Assembly: GCA_033763315.1 (NCBI GenBank)
Contig: JANRKS010000034.1
Coordinates: 64,001-128,000 of the forward strand
Direction of reading: 5' to 3'
Length of the DNA: 64,000 nucleotides
Source of the DNA: Deltaproteobacteria bacterium
GTDB lineage: Bacteria; Myxococcota_A; Polyangia; Fen-1088
A model generated the notes under the pieces. It was not told the DNA's origin, searched no databases, and worked only from the letters and a program-made list of their open reading frames with translations. The position numbers were made by a program, and so were the translations under genes. Shown piece after piece: positions 1 to 9,268 of this stretch; position 1 is the stretch's first letter, and every line of letters begins with the position of its first letter.

Positions 1-602
1 GCCTCCAGCCGCTGCTTGAGTTGCAAGAACGCCAGCGCCAACGCCCCCGCGCCCGCGGGCTCGATGTCCACCAACGTCATCTGGAACTTGCCGCGCCCTT
101 CGTAAATCGTAAGCCTGCCGCGACAGCGGACCTGCATGCCGTCGCGTGGCTTAAACTTCAGGCGTGCGGCGTCGCGCGAGAACATCACGCAGTCGACCTG
201 CGCTTGCGCCTCTTTGAGCGTGAAATAAAGGTGGCCTGTGGGCGACGGTTTCATGCCAGAGATTTCACCCTCCACGCGCACGTCGGCATAGCGGGTTTCC
301 AACATCACCCGCGCGCTGCGAACCAACTCCATCACTGTGAACACTTTGGGCTCACGCGGTGGCGGCGGCAGATCTGTTGGCTCAACGCCGTCAAGATCCA
401 CCTCTGCGCTCGGGCCCACAAGTTCAACGGGAGCGGGGGAGGGCGTTGCGATGCGCACTGTGCGTCCCACCGGCGCGCGTGCGGCGGTGGTAACAGATCG
501 CTCGGGCGGTGGCGCAGGCGACGCCGGCGCGAAAGCGTCACCCAAGAACAATTGCCGCTGCGGGGGGGAGGCGGGATCGTCGGGAGGTTTGTTGCGGCTC
601 AC
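1..602 (-). CDS. xseA: Exodeoxyribonuclease VII large subunit, 5' part (runs off window edge; missing from the ORF track)
   Basis: Manual translation from GTG 602 gives ...VFTVMELVRSARVMLETRYADVRVEGEISGMKPSPTGHLYFTLKE...RGRLTIYEGRGKFQM...GAGALALAFLQLKQRL, the XseA OB-fold signature. Start overlaps the stop of the upstream gene (GTGA). Confidence 0.93.
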   Translation of the reverse strand, partial: MSRNKPPDDPASPPQRQLFLGDAFAPASPAPPPERSVTTAARAPVGRTVRIATPSPAPVELVGPSAEVDLDGVEPTDLPPPPREPKVFTVMELVRSARVMLETRYADVRVEGEISGMKPSPTGHLYFTLKEAQAQVDCVMFSRDAARLKFKPRDGMQVRCRGRLTIYEGRGKFQMTLVDIEPAGAGALALAFLQLKQRLE

Positions 603-1237
603 GGCGTCCCCAAGGTGCGGGCTCGTTCGTAATCCGTGGCACTGAGCTTAATCATCTCGAGGTCCGCGATGGCGCGTCGCTTTAGCTCCTCAGCCTCACC
701 CCGAAAGCCTGAATAACCCCATCGTTTTTCAACCTGCGCAAAGGTCAACGGCGGCCCTGCCAGTGCGGGTGCCGTGGCCGTGTCCCCCGCCACCGTCACA
801 CCTAGCGGTCCGGCGGGCAGACGCTGTCTAAGCTCGGCCAAGGCGCGCGCGCCCATCTTCGCGGCGAAGAGGTCAGCGGCGGTTTCGGCGGTGGCGGCCG
901 TATCAAGCGCTTTGAGCTTCTGTTCCTTGTCAGCACCTTCAGGAAAGTTGCTCAGCACCACGTCGTAGGCTTCGCGGTGGCTCTTTTGGATCGTCATCCA
1001 GGACCACCGCGTGTGCTGATCCAGAGCTTCGTAAAGCGCTTCGGCGTCTCCGCGAGAGGTGGCCGTTGCAAGAGCCTCGGCCGCCGCTTGTGCCGTCTTC
1101 GGCCCACGCGCCCCGCACGCACACACGCTGAACACGCACGCGAGCAGCCACGCCGTAAGGAACGCGCTTGCAAACGATCTGGCCGCTCGCGGGAAAAGCA
1201 CGCCACCCGGAATAGCGGAAGACGGCCGTGGGGGCAA
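599..1237 (-). CDS. Hypothetical lipoprotein
   Basis: Hydrophobic stretch ending in a lipobox-like VCAC; stop overlaps the xseA start. True start uncertain. Confidence 0.7.
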   Translation of the reverse strand: MPPRPSSAIPGGVLFPRAARSFASAFLTAWLLACVFSVCACGARGPKTAQAAAEALATATSRGDAEALYEALDQHTRWSWMTIQKSHREAYDVVLSNFPEGADKEQKLKALDTAATAETAADLFAAKMGARALAELRQRLPAGPLGVTVAGDTATAPALAGPPLTFAQVEKRWGYSGFRGEAEELKRRAIADLEMIKLSATDYERARTLGTP

Positions 1238-1291
1238 GCTTGCCGCTCGCGTGGTGACTTGGGCCCGGGGCTGATAGAGTCACGCTTCCCC

Positions 1292-2404
1292 GTGCACGAC
1301 CAGACCAAAGCCCCCGACGTCCCTGCCGAGCCAGCGGATGAGTTTGCCGGCATTCGCCCCGCCCGCCGTCGACCCTCCTGGTGGGCCATCGCCGTGGTGC
1401 TGCTGTCGGGCTTTCTGATTTATCATCAACGGCACGACGTGATTTATGCGCTAACCTCCGGCGTCGCGCGTCCGCTGGGTCAAGCCGGGCAGCTGTTCAA
1501 AAACGGCCAGGCGTTGCCTGTGAACCGCTACGTGCGGATCAGCGGCACACCGGACTTTGAAAGCGCGGTCATCTTGGACACCCAAGGCGAATGGAAATTC
1601 CGTTCGTTCTTTCGCTTGCTCGAGACCGACAGAAAGCTGTTCGTCCAACGCATCGCCGGGCCCTTGCCGCTCGACATGGTTGCCCACAATAGTTTCGCAG
1701 GTCGATTGGTTCCGCTGGGCAGCGTTAGTTTTAGCGCTTCCATCCGGGCTTATTTCGACCAACACATCACTTCCACGCGCGTGTTCGATCCGGCTGTGTT
1801 TCGCGCCGCTTTTCAAGACAAACGACTTCCGGGGGCCCTGGCCGACAAGCTGGGTGAAACGGTGGCAATCGCGGGCAACCAACCCCTCGCGTTCGATGTG
1901 AGGCTCCCGCAGCGTTACCTCGTGGACGTGCCCCACGATCGTTACGAAAAACTAGAAGATGCGACGGCGGCTTTAACGGCCACGGGCGCCAAACTCCTCA
2001 GCTCCGGCAAACTGATCAGCCGCGAATCAAGTTTGAGCGGTTTCTCGTACGAGTGTGAGTTTCCCAAAGATCGTGAGCGGGCTGTGCTGAGCGCCGTAGT
2101 GGATCTGGGCAACCGCACGCGCGTCGAACCCGTGGTTCGATCCGTTGTGGCGCCCTTGTCGCAGCTGCAGCCGGCAGGCAATGGCTTTGCTGTGGTTGGC
2201 GCGAGTGATCCGCAAGCCCCGCCGAGCATTGCGTGGGACGACCTGACTTCAGTCCGGGTCGCCACCAACCTCACGATTCCTGAGGATGCCTTCTTGCTGT
2301 TGGAAGGCGAACGCCCGAGCGCGCATTACAAGTCAGTGGTGGCCACGGCCTTCTTGTTGGCTTTCGCGCTTGTGAACCTGATGGCCGTGCGCCGAAGGCT
2401 GTGA
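1292..2404 (+). CDS. Hypothetical membrane protein (N- and C-terminal TM helices)
   Basis: Part of ORF 977..2404; GTG 1292 avoids overlap with the divergent gene. TM segments WWAIAVVLLSGFLIY and VVATAFLLAFALVNLM followed by RRR. Confidence 0.75.
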   Translation: MHDQTKAPDVPAEPADEFAGIRPARRRPSWWAIAVVLLSGFLIYHQRHDVIYALTSGVARPLGQAGQLFKNGQALPVNRYVRISGTPDFESAVILDTQGEWKFRSFFRLLETDRKLFVQRIAGPLPLDMVAHNSFAGRLVPLGSVSFSASIRAYFDQHITSTRVFDPAVFRAAFQDKRLPGALADKLGETVAIAGNQPLAFDVRLPQRYLVDVPHDRYEKLEDATAALTATGAKLLSSGKLISRESSLSGFSYECEFPKDRERAVLSAVVDLGNRTRVEPVVRSVVAPLSQLQPAGNGFAVVGASDPQAPPSIAWDDLTSVRVATNLTIPEDAFLLLEGERPSAHYKSVVATAFLLAFALVNLMAVRRRL

Positions 2405-2443
2405 GGTCACTGGGGGCGCTGGGGTCGAGGTTGCCAGACGACC

Positions 2444-3526
2444 TTATCGTTTCGTGTCGTTGTCTTGCGACAGGTAAGCCAAGATCACCTCGTCGAGGCT
2501 CTTATCGCTGATCGTGGCTGGGGCGGCCGCCGCTGGTGAGGAGGGGATGGGCGGCGCCACTTGCGCGGCCCGCGGGTTTTGGACGATAGGGTGGCTGCCT
2601 TCTTTCACCACATAAGGAACCGCAGGCCGTGGCCGTCGGGGGCGCTGGCCGTCCGGCCCCGTGCCACCCACGCCCACCACCACCGTTCGCTGCACGATCA
2701 CGCCCCCAGGAGGTGGCGACGACGACGCTGGCCTGGGCACGATGCGCTTGGCCACCGGTGGGCGAATCACCACAACCGGCGGTCGTGCGGAGGGGATCGG
2801 GGACGGGACGCGCTCTGGGGTGTTGCTGAAGGCGCCATCAAAAGGCCGCTCGCGCCCAGGACCACGCATTGAATAAACACCCAGGCCCTGGTTGCCCGGG
2901 GCGGGCGCCGGTTCCACGATGACATCGGGCAGCGGGCCCTCATCGGCGGCGATGGGCGGCAGGGCATCCAGATCGAGAGCGGGTAAATCCGCCATGGCGG
3001 CCGCTGGCTGTGCCGTGGCGGGCGGGGGCGCATAGCTGGGGTAGGGCTCCGTGTAGGCCTCGGGTTCCGCAACTGAAGGCCCCACGTGCATTTCGCCGTA
3101 GGACGCGTCGACCCGCAGATCTGAATAGGTGGCATCTGGCGACATCGGCGGCGGAGCCGCGGCCATTGGCACATCTGGCTGTGCCGGCGGGGCTGCCTCG
3201 GCCGCTGCGGCGTCAGCCATGTCCAGGAACCCGACCTCCCCGATTGACGCGAAGAAGGTTAGGATTTTGGTGTCGTAAACGCCCTGCTTGAGCTCCTTAA
3301 GGATCGCTTTGTGCTGGGTCTGCATCAGCGCTTTGACTTGATCCTCAAGCACATCCTCCGGATAGTCGGATCGCTTCGATGCGATGATCGTTCCCGCAAA
3401 AAACAAATGCGTGAAAATGCGGTTGTGGCTGACCCCGGAATCTTCGGTCTGCACGTGATAAACACGGCCGTGGTACCGAACGTTGTGGTTGAAGCCCAAG
3501 ACTGGACTGCGCGAGGCCTTCGCCAT
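2444..3526 (-). CDS. Hypothetical protein: globular N-domain, long Pro/Ala-rich linker, short C-terminal helix
   Basis: N-terminal GFNHNVRYHGRVYHVQTEDSG...HLFFAGTII...QHK, C-terminal SDKSLDEVILAYLSQD; TATACT 8 nt upstream of ATG 3526. Confidence 0.75.
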   Translation of the reverse strand: MAKASRSPVLGFNHNVRYHGRVYHVQTEDSGVSHNRIFTHLFFAGTIIASKRSDYPEDVLEDQVKALMQTQHKAILKELKQGVYDTKILTFFASIGEVGFLDMADAAAAEAAPPAQPDVPMAAAPPPMSPDATYSDLRVDASYGEMHVGPSVAEPEAYTEPYPSYAPPPATAQPAAAMADLPALDLDALPPIAADEGPLPDVIVEPAPAPGNQGLGVYSMRGPGRERPFDGAFSNTPERVPSPIPSARPPVVVIRPPVAKRIVPRPASSSPPPGGVIVQRTVVVGVGGTGPDGQRPRRPRPAVPYVVKEGSHPIVQNPRAAQVAPPIPSSPAAAAPATISDKSLDEVILAYLSQDNDTKR

Positions 3527-3779
3527 TGTGCGCAAGTATACAGCAACGCTATGGCTTTTCGCTGTTCTGGCGGCATGTCTTCTTGAGCGTCGCGCTGCGT
3601 CTGGCGCATCGCCTTCGCTTAGGCCCCGGGGACGCCTGGGTTCGTGAAAAAATCTGCTGAATGTTGGTTGCGAATCCGGTACAAAAGGCAGTGGTGACGT
3701 TGTGTGCCCCAGCGTCAGGGAAGTTGTTGGTTAACGTCGGGATCCTTCGTGGTACACTCCAATAAAGGAGCGCCGCCCT

Positions 3780-4091
3780 TTGGTTAGCGTTACGGCCCGC
3801 AAAATTCGGGACATCGCCGGAGAAGCCAGTTCACCTGGCGGGCTGAGCCGCGCCTACACGGGCTACCTCGTGAGCTATCCCTCAATTGGTCGGGGCATGG
3901 TCATTTTCCGTGATCCGAAAGGTCATCGGATGGTCACAACGCCCGTTCGGCGCGTCCTTGGCGAACTAGGCTGTGACACCTTGTACGTCGAGACTGAAAA
4001 CTCGGTGTACCGTCTGACGTTTATGGCTGACGCATCCGCCAAAGCAGCGGTGGTCTCGGGCGACCAGGCCTCGGCGGCCAAAAGCGGTTAA
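3780..4091 (+). CDS. Small hypothetical protein
   Basis: AAGGAG RBS before the TTG start and TACACT upstream; protein-like sequence (TTPVRRV...YVETENSVYRL). Confidence 0.7.
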   Translation: MVSVTARKIRDIAGEASSPGGLSRAYTGYLVSYPSIGRGMVIFRDPKGHRMVTTPVRRVLGELGCDTLYVETENSVYRLTFMADASAKAAVVSGDQASAAKSG

Positions 4092-4194
4092 ATCGCTTGC
4101 TCGAGCAGATTGAAGCCGCGACGTTCGCTTTCGCTGGGCGGCTCGGGTTTCGCCAAGTCATATGGGGCGGTATAACGGGCGCCTGGACAACCCA

Positions 4195-6177
4195 ATGAGC
4201 AGCGTCTTGTCTTCCTCCGCGCCCCGACGCGCGATCGTTCTTGCGGCAGGGCGGGGGCAGCCGATCGCCGAACCCGAAACACCCAACTGCCTCTGCAAAG
4301 TGGGTGGGATGCCACTCATTGAGCGCACGCTGCGCGTGTTGGCTGGGGCCGGCATCCGCCGCGTGGGCGTCACGATTGGCTGGCACGCCGATCTGGTTCG
4401 AGACGCGGTGAACCGCGTCCTGTCGTCCGATCCGAGCCTCGACTTGGAGATTTCGTTCTTTGTGAACGATCGATGGGATCAGCCCAACGGTCTTTCTGTC
4501 TTGGCGGCCCGCTCGTTTTTGACCGAGCGAACATTGCTGCTGATGGCGGATCAAATCGCGGCGCCTCACTTGGTGCATAAACTTGTGACCGCGGCGCCTG
4601 GCTCGGCGGAGATCGTGCTGGCCGTTGATCGCGAGCTGTCGCGTGTGTTTGATTTTGACGATGCTACGAAGGTGAAGTTATCCAGCCCACGCGCGGGCGC
4701 CACGGTGGATGGCATCAGCAAAACGCTGCTGGTCCACGATGGCATCAGTGTGGGTATGATGGTTGTGTCGCCGGCGTTGGTGCGGTGCTTGGACGAGCTC
4801 AAAACATCAAGCCTCACCGAAGGGGTCGCCTTGGCGGCCTCGCGCGGCCTGGTGGTGGCTCATGATGTGCACGGGGCCCTGTGGCAGGACGTTGATTCCG
4901 TCGATATGCGACTGCACGCCGAATGGTTGCTTCGCGTCTATGGCGGCGATCTGCTCCACCCCGCGATGAAAGCCGAAGGCCGCACGGGTGTGTCAGACAC
5001 ATTGGCGCTGATCGCGCAGTTGATGGCCGAGAAGGACACGCCTCGTTACACGCTGCTGAACCCTGGGCCGGTGATGACTTCGGCGCGGGTGAAGGCGGCG
5101 CTTGTGCATCCGGATCTGTGCCACCGCGACGGCGATTATTCTTCAGTCGTCAAACGCCTGCGCGAGAAGCTGAGGCCTGTGTTCCGTGCCAGCGCCGAGC
5201 ACGAAGTGATCCTGCTGACGGGCTCGGGCACCGCGGCTATGGAATTGGCGATTTCATCGTGCGTGCCCGCGGGTAAAAAGCTGCTGGTGGTCAACAACGG
5301 CGCCTTTGGTGATCGCATGGCAGAGGTGGGTGCTGTGCATGGCATTCCTGTTGTGATGATCCGTTGCGCGTGGGGCGAGATCCCGAACGCGGAAGACGTT
5401 GAGCGCGCTTTGCAAAATGATCCCGACATCGCCGTGGTGGCCATGGTTCACCACGAAACATCGGTAGGCGTTTTGAACCCTGTGACGGAGGTGGGCGCCG
5501 CGTGCGCCAAACATGATCGCCTGTTCATTCTCGACACGGTGTCGTCGTTGGGCGCCGAGGATTTGGATGTGATCCGCGACAACGTCGATATCGCTTATGC
5601 CTCCGCAAACAAATGCTTGCACGGCGTGGCGGGCGTGGCGTTCGCATGCATATCGCCGCGCGTGTGGCCACGCATCGAGCACGTGGCACCGCGCTCTTTC
5701 TACTTGAGCTTGTCACGTTACGAACACTATTTGCAGATGGTGAACCAAACGCCGTTCACGCCCGCCGTCACGGCGTTCTTGGCACTTGAGGCGGCGGTGG
5801 ATGAATTCACCGAACGCGGCGGGGGTGAGGTGCGCCGCAACACCTATCGCCTGCGCAACCTACGCGTGCGGCAGGTGCTCACGCAGGTGGGCTTTCACTC
5901 CTTCACGAACACTGGCCGCGAATCCTGTTCAATCTGCACGATGAAGGTGCCTCCGTTCTTGCGCGTGGATGAGCTTTACGATCGACTCAAAGAGCGCGGC
6001 TTCATCGCCTATAAATGCAAAGGGCCCTTGGCCGCCGATTACATGCAGATCGCCAATATGGGCGAACTGTCGGAGACTGACCTTGAAGGTTTCTTGGCGG
6101 CCGTCACCGAAATCGTGGATGCGGCGCGCCCGGCCGAACAACCGCCCACGCGCCGGCCGCAGCTCAAGTCGGTCTAA
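4195..6177 (+). CDS. Fusion: NTP-transferase (LicC/PntC/IPCT-like) + 2-aminoethylphosphonate aminotransferase-like class V PLP enzyme
   Basis: N-domain AIVLAAGRG, NGLSVL, FDDATKV, WQDVDS; C-domain LLNPGPV, DLCHRD, HHETSVGVLNP, DTVSSLG, SANKCLHG (PLP Lys), QTPFTP. Alternative start 4162. Confidence 0.85.
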   Translation: MSSVLSSSAPRRAIVLAAGRGQPIAEPETPNCLCKVGGMPLIERTLRVLAGAGIRRVGVTIGWHADLVRDAVNRVLSSDPSLDLEISFFVNDRWDQPNGLSVLAARSFLTERTLLLMADQIAAPHLVHKLVTAAPGSAEIVLAVDRELSRVFDFDDATKVKLSSPRAGATVDGISKTLLVHDGISVGMMVVSPALVRCLDELKTSSLTEGVALAASRGLVVAHDVHGALWQDVDSVDMRLHAEWLLRVYGGDLLHPAMKAEGRTGVSDTLALIAQLMAEKDTPRYTLLNPGPVMTSARVKAALVHPDLCHRDGDYSSVVKRLREKLRPVFRASAEHEVILLTGSGTAAMELAISSCVPAGKKLLVVNNGAFGDRMAEVGAVHGIPVVMIRCAWGEIPNAEDVERALQNDPDIAVVAMVHHETSVGVLNPVTEVGAACAKHDRLFILDTVSSLGAEDLDVIRDNVDIAYASANKCLHGVAGVAFACISPRVWPRIEHVAPRSFYLSLSRYEHYLQMVNQTPFTPAVTAFLALEAAVDEFTERGGGEVRRNTYRLRNLRVRQVLTQVGFHSFTNTGRESCSICTMKVPPFLRVDELYDRLKERGFIAYKCKGPLAADYMQIANMGELSETDLEGFLAAVTEIVDAARPAEQPPTRRPQLKSV

Positions 6178-6321
6178 ATCCCACCTATCCGAGACTAAAT
6201 TCATCCGCGGGGCAGGTTTTCCGGTAACCGGCCCGGGAATGTGCATTAATGCCCCCTCACAAGCGACGAGCCCCCTGAACAGTTCGGGGCGCGAGTCGCG
6301 GCTTACGAAAGACGTGTGGAA

Positions 6322-6519
6322 ATGCCTGAGGGAACGATTAAGAGGAAGACGGACAAGGGATTTGGGTTTATCGAGACAGGGTCCGGCCCAGACATGTTCT
6401 TTCACAGCTCCAGCCTTCAGGGTGTGTCGTTTGACCAACTGCAAGAAGGTCAACGAGTCTCCTTCACCGTGGGTCAGGGTCCTAAGGGCCCCCGCGCTGA
6501 AGGCGTGAAGGTCATCTAG
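6322..6519 (+). CDS. Cold-shock protein (CspA family)
   Basis: RNP1 KGFGFI, RNP2-like MFFHSS, C-terminal GPKGPRAEGV. Confidence 0.95.
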   Translation: MPEGTIKRKTDKGFGFIETGSGPDMFFHSSSLQGVSFDQLQEGQRVSFTVGQGPKGPRAEGVKVI

Positions 6520-6526
6520 TTACCGC

Positions 6527-6570
6527 CACGACCCGCGGTTTTGCGACCGCGGGTCGTGATCTGTTGTTGA
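6527..6570 (+). terminator. Intrinsic terminator after the csp gene
   Basis: Perfect 13-bp stem CACGACCCGCGGT(6527-6539)/ACCGCGGGTCGTG(6546-6558), 6-nt loop, followed by ATCTGTTGTT. Confidence 0.8.
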
Positions 6571-6583
6571 TCCGACGTTCTGA

Positions 6584-6631
6584 TTGACAGGGCGGTCCCA
6601 AGTTCGTACACCCTTACGTAAACGTAAGGGT
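6584..6631 (+). promoter_or_regulatory. sigma70-type promoter and palindromic operator of the merR-isc operon
   Basis: TTGACA (6584-6589), 17 nt, TACACC (6607-6612); perfect inverted repeat ACCCTTACGT-AA-ACGTAAGGGT (6610-6631). Confidence 0.75.
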
Positions 6632-6636
6632 TCGAC

Positions 6637-7122
6637 ATGGACGTACCAGCTCTGCATCTTTCTTATCTCAAGGTCGGCGATCTAGCGCGCCGCACCGGAA
6701 AGACAGTGCGCGCGATCCACCTCTACGAGGAGCTGGGGTTGCTGGCGCCCATCCGGTCCAAAGGTGGCTACCGCCTTTACCACGCCCGGGCCGTTGATCG
6801 CGTCGAGTGGATTCAGAAGCTGCAAGATATGGGCTTCTCCTTGACCGACATCAAGGCGTTTTTGCAGGTGTGGGAGCAAAGCAGCACCGCTCCCAGCGCG
6901 ATGCAGACGGTGCGTGACATCTTTTCGGAGAAGCTGCGCGAAACCAACGACACGTTGGCGCGTTTGACGAAGTTGTCGCGCGAGTTAGAGGAGAGTTTGG
7001 CTTACCTCGACAGCTGCAAGTCGTGTGAGCCGGTTCATACGCAACAACAGTGTGGTTGTTGCGACATGCACGGCCACGAAGGGCATGCGCCCTTGCTGGT
7101 GGATGGCATCACCCGGCACTAA
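6637..7122 (+). CDS. MerR-family transcriptional regulator with Cys/His-rich C-terminus
   Basis: MerR HTH LKVGDLARRTGKTVRAIHLYEELGLL...GGYRLY...GFSLTDIK, coiled coil, tail CKSCEPVHTQQQCGCCDMHGHEGH. Confidence 0.93.
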   Translation: MDVPALHLSYLKVGDLARRTGKTVRAIHLYEELGLLAPIRSKGGYRLYHARAVDRVEWIQKLQDMGFSLTDIKAFLQVWEQSSTAPSAMQTVRDIFSEKLRETNDTLARLTKLSRELEESLAYLDSCKSCEPVHTQQQCGCCDMHGHEGHAPLLVDGITRH

Positions 7123-7140
7123 ACGTTTGAAGGAACCACG

Positions 7141-8358
7141 ATGGCTCTAAAATTCCCGATCTACATGGACAACAACGCCACCACGCCGATGGATCCGCGT
7201 GTGCTTGAAGCAATGTTGCCGTACTTCACAGAGCATTTCGGCAACTCTGCCAGCCGCTCGCACGCGTATGGCTGGGAGGCCGAAAAGGGCGTTGAGAAGG
7301 CGCGCGAGCACGTGGGTGAAAGCATTGGCGCCTCGGGCAAAGAAATCGTTTGGACTTCGGGTGCCACCGAATCCGACAATCTGGCGATCAAGGGCGCAGC
7401 GCACTTCTATAAAGACCGCGGCAACCACATCATCACGTCGCAAGTCGAACACAAAGCTGTGCTCGATACGTGCAAACGCCTAGAAAAAGAAGGCTTTGAC
7501 GTCACGTATTTGCCCACGCAGGCCGATGGCCGCATCAGCGCTGATTCGGTGGAAGCGGCGATGACCGACAAGACGATTCTTGTGTCGGTGATGTTGGCCA
7601 ATAATGAAGTGGGCGTGGTGAATCCGATTGCCGAGATCGGCGAGCGCGTCAAAGCGCGCAAGGCGCTGTTCCACGTGGACGCTGTGCAAGGGCACGGCCG
7701 CATCCCGTTCGATGTGGACGCCTGCAAAGTGGATTTGGCGTCTTTGTCCGCCCATAAAATGTACGGGCCTAAGGGCGTGGGGGCGCTTTATGTGCGTCGC
7801 AAACCACGCATTCGTCTTGAAGCGATGATCGATGGCGGTGGCCATGAGCGGGGCATGCGGTCTGGCACGTTGAATGTGCCGGGCATCGTGGGGTTCGGCA
7901 AAGCCGCGGCGCTTTGCATGGAGCTCATGCCACAGGAATCCAAACACAGCTTCGAGTTGCGCGAACGGTTGCGCAAAGGCATTCAGGCGCGCGTCAGCGA
8001 TACGTTCGTCAACGGTTCCATGGAGCACCGCTTGCCGGGCAACTTGAACATCAGTTTTGCGTACATCGAAGGCGAATCACTGCTGATGGGGCTCAAGGAC
8101 GTGGCTGTTTCGTCTGGTTCGGCCTGTACGTCGGCTTCGCTTGAACCGTCTTACGTGTTGCGTGCGTTGGGCGTCGAAGAAGAGTTGGCGCACACGTCGA
8201 TACGTTTTGGTATCGGCCGCTTCAACACCGAGGAAGAAGTGGATTACGTCATCGATTTGGTTTCACGCAAAGTGGGCAAGCTCCGTGAGCTGTCACCGCT
8301 TTACGAAATGGTCCAAGAAGGTATCGACATCAAGTCGATTCAGTGGACCGCTCACTAA
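7141..8358 (+). CDS. iscS: Cysteine desulfurase IscS
   Basis: [28 protein letters not shown]-terminal [18 protein letters not shown]. Confidence 0.98.
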   Translation: MALKFPIYMDNNATTPMDPRVLEAMLPYFTEHFGNSASRSHAYGWEAEKGVEKAREHVGESIGASGKEIVWTSGATESDNLAIKGAAHFYKDRGNHIITSQVEHKAVLDTCKRLEKEGFDVTYLPTQADGRISADSVEAAMTDKTILVSVMLANNEVGVVNPIAEIGERVKARKALFHVDAVQGHGRIPFDVDACKVDLASLSAHKMYGPKGVGALYVRRKPRIRLEAMIDGGGHERGMRSGTLNVPGIVGFGKAAALCMELMPQESKHSFELRERLRKGIQARVSDTFVNGSMEHRLPGNLNISFAYIEGESLLMGLKDVAVSSGSACTSASLEPSYVLRALGVEEELAHTSIRFGIGRFNTEEEVDYVIDLVSRKVGKLRELSPLYEMVQEGIDIKSIQWTAH

Positions 8359-8385
8359 GGTTCGGCATCAAATAAGGGGATCGTC

Positions 8386-8814
8386 ATGGCATATAGCGAA
8401 AAACTTCTGGATCACTACGAGAACCCACGCAACGTGGGCAGCTTGGACAAGAACGACCCGCACGTGGGAACGGGTCTTGTGGGCGCGCCGGCTTGTGGCG
8501 ACGTTATGAAGCTGCAAATCCGCGTGAACGACGACGGCGTTATTGAAGACGCGCGCTTCAAGACGTTCGGCTGTGGATCCGCCATCGCGTCCTCGTCTTT
8601 GGCCACCGAGTGGATCAAAGGCATGAGCGTTGATCAAGCGATGCAAGTGAAGAACACGCAGATTGTGGAAGAGTTGAATCTTCCGCCGGTGAAGATTCAC
8701 TGCTCTGTGTTGGCCGAAGACGCGATCAAAAGCGCCATCGCCGATTACAAATCAAAGCAATTGGGGCGGCCAGCCGCGGCAGCGTCCGCTGAATCTGCAT
8801 CCGCCGCTAAGTAG
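8386..8814 (+). CDS. iscU: Fe-S scaffold IscU
   Basis: MAYSEKLLDHYENPRNVG, APACGD, FGCGSA, LPPVKIHC. Confidence 0.98.
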   Translation: MAYSEKLLDHYENPRNVGSLDKNDPHVGTGLVGAPACGDVMKLQIRVNDDGVIEDARFKTFGCGSAIASSSLATEWIKGMSVDQAMQVKNTQIVEELNLPPVKIHCSVLAEDAIKSAIADYKSKQLGRPAAAASAESASAAK

Positions 8815-8845
8815 TCCTTTGTAAGGTTCAAGGAGAACACCTTCC

Positions 8846-9181
8846 GTGTCTATCGAAGTTAGCCCCCGCGCCGTTGAAGAAATCAAGAAGGCGGCAGCCA
8901 AGCGCGCCAACCCTCCCAAGGGGTTGCGGGTGGGCATCCGTGGTGGCGGGTGCACGGGCTTCACGTATCTGTTCGAGTGGGCGGACAACGATCCACGCCC
9001 AGAAGATCAGGTGCTGTCTTATGAAGACGGACGCGTGCAGGTGTTCATCGATCCGAAGAGCAAGGTATTTCTCGAGGGTTCAACTTTGGATTTTGCCACC
9101 ACGCTGATGCAACGCGGGTTCAAGTGGGTGAACCCCAATGCCAAGGGTGCGTGTGGCTGTGGCGAAAGCGTGCAGTTTTAA
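8846..9181 (+). CDS. iscA: A-type Fe-S carrier IscA
   Basis: GGGCTG and C-terminal CGCGES; position within the isc operon. Confidence 0.93.
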   Translation: MSIEVSPRAVEEIKKAAAKRANPPKGLRVGIRGGGCTGFTYLFEWADNDPRPEDQVLSYEDGRVQVFIDPKSKVFLEGSTLDFATTLMQRGFKWVNPNAKGACGCGESVQF

Positions 9182-9268
9182 GCAACGTTGTGGGTGCGCC
9201 GCCTTGCGGGGGCGCTATCTTCGGCGTTGCCCCGTTGCCTTTGCCAGCGGGCGGGGCACGAGGCTTTT

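Noticed and set aside
21-632. 203-aa plus-strand ORF in the track
   Set aside because: Antisense shadow of xseA, which is clearly encoded on the minus strand. Most other short overlapping ORFs in the track are similar GC-rich shadows.
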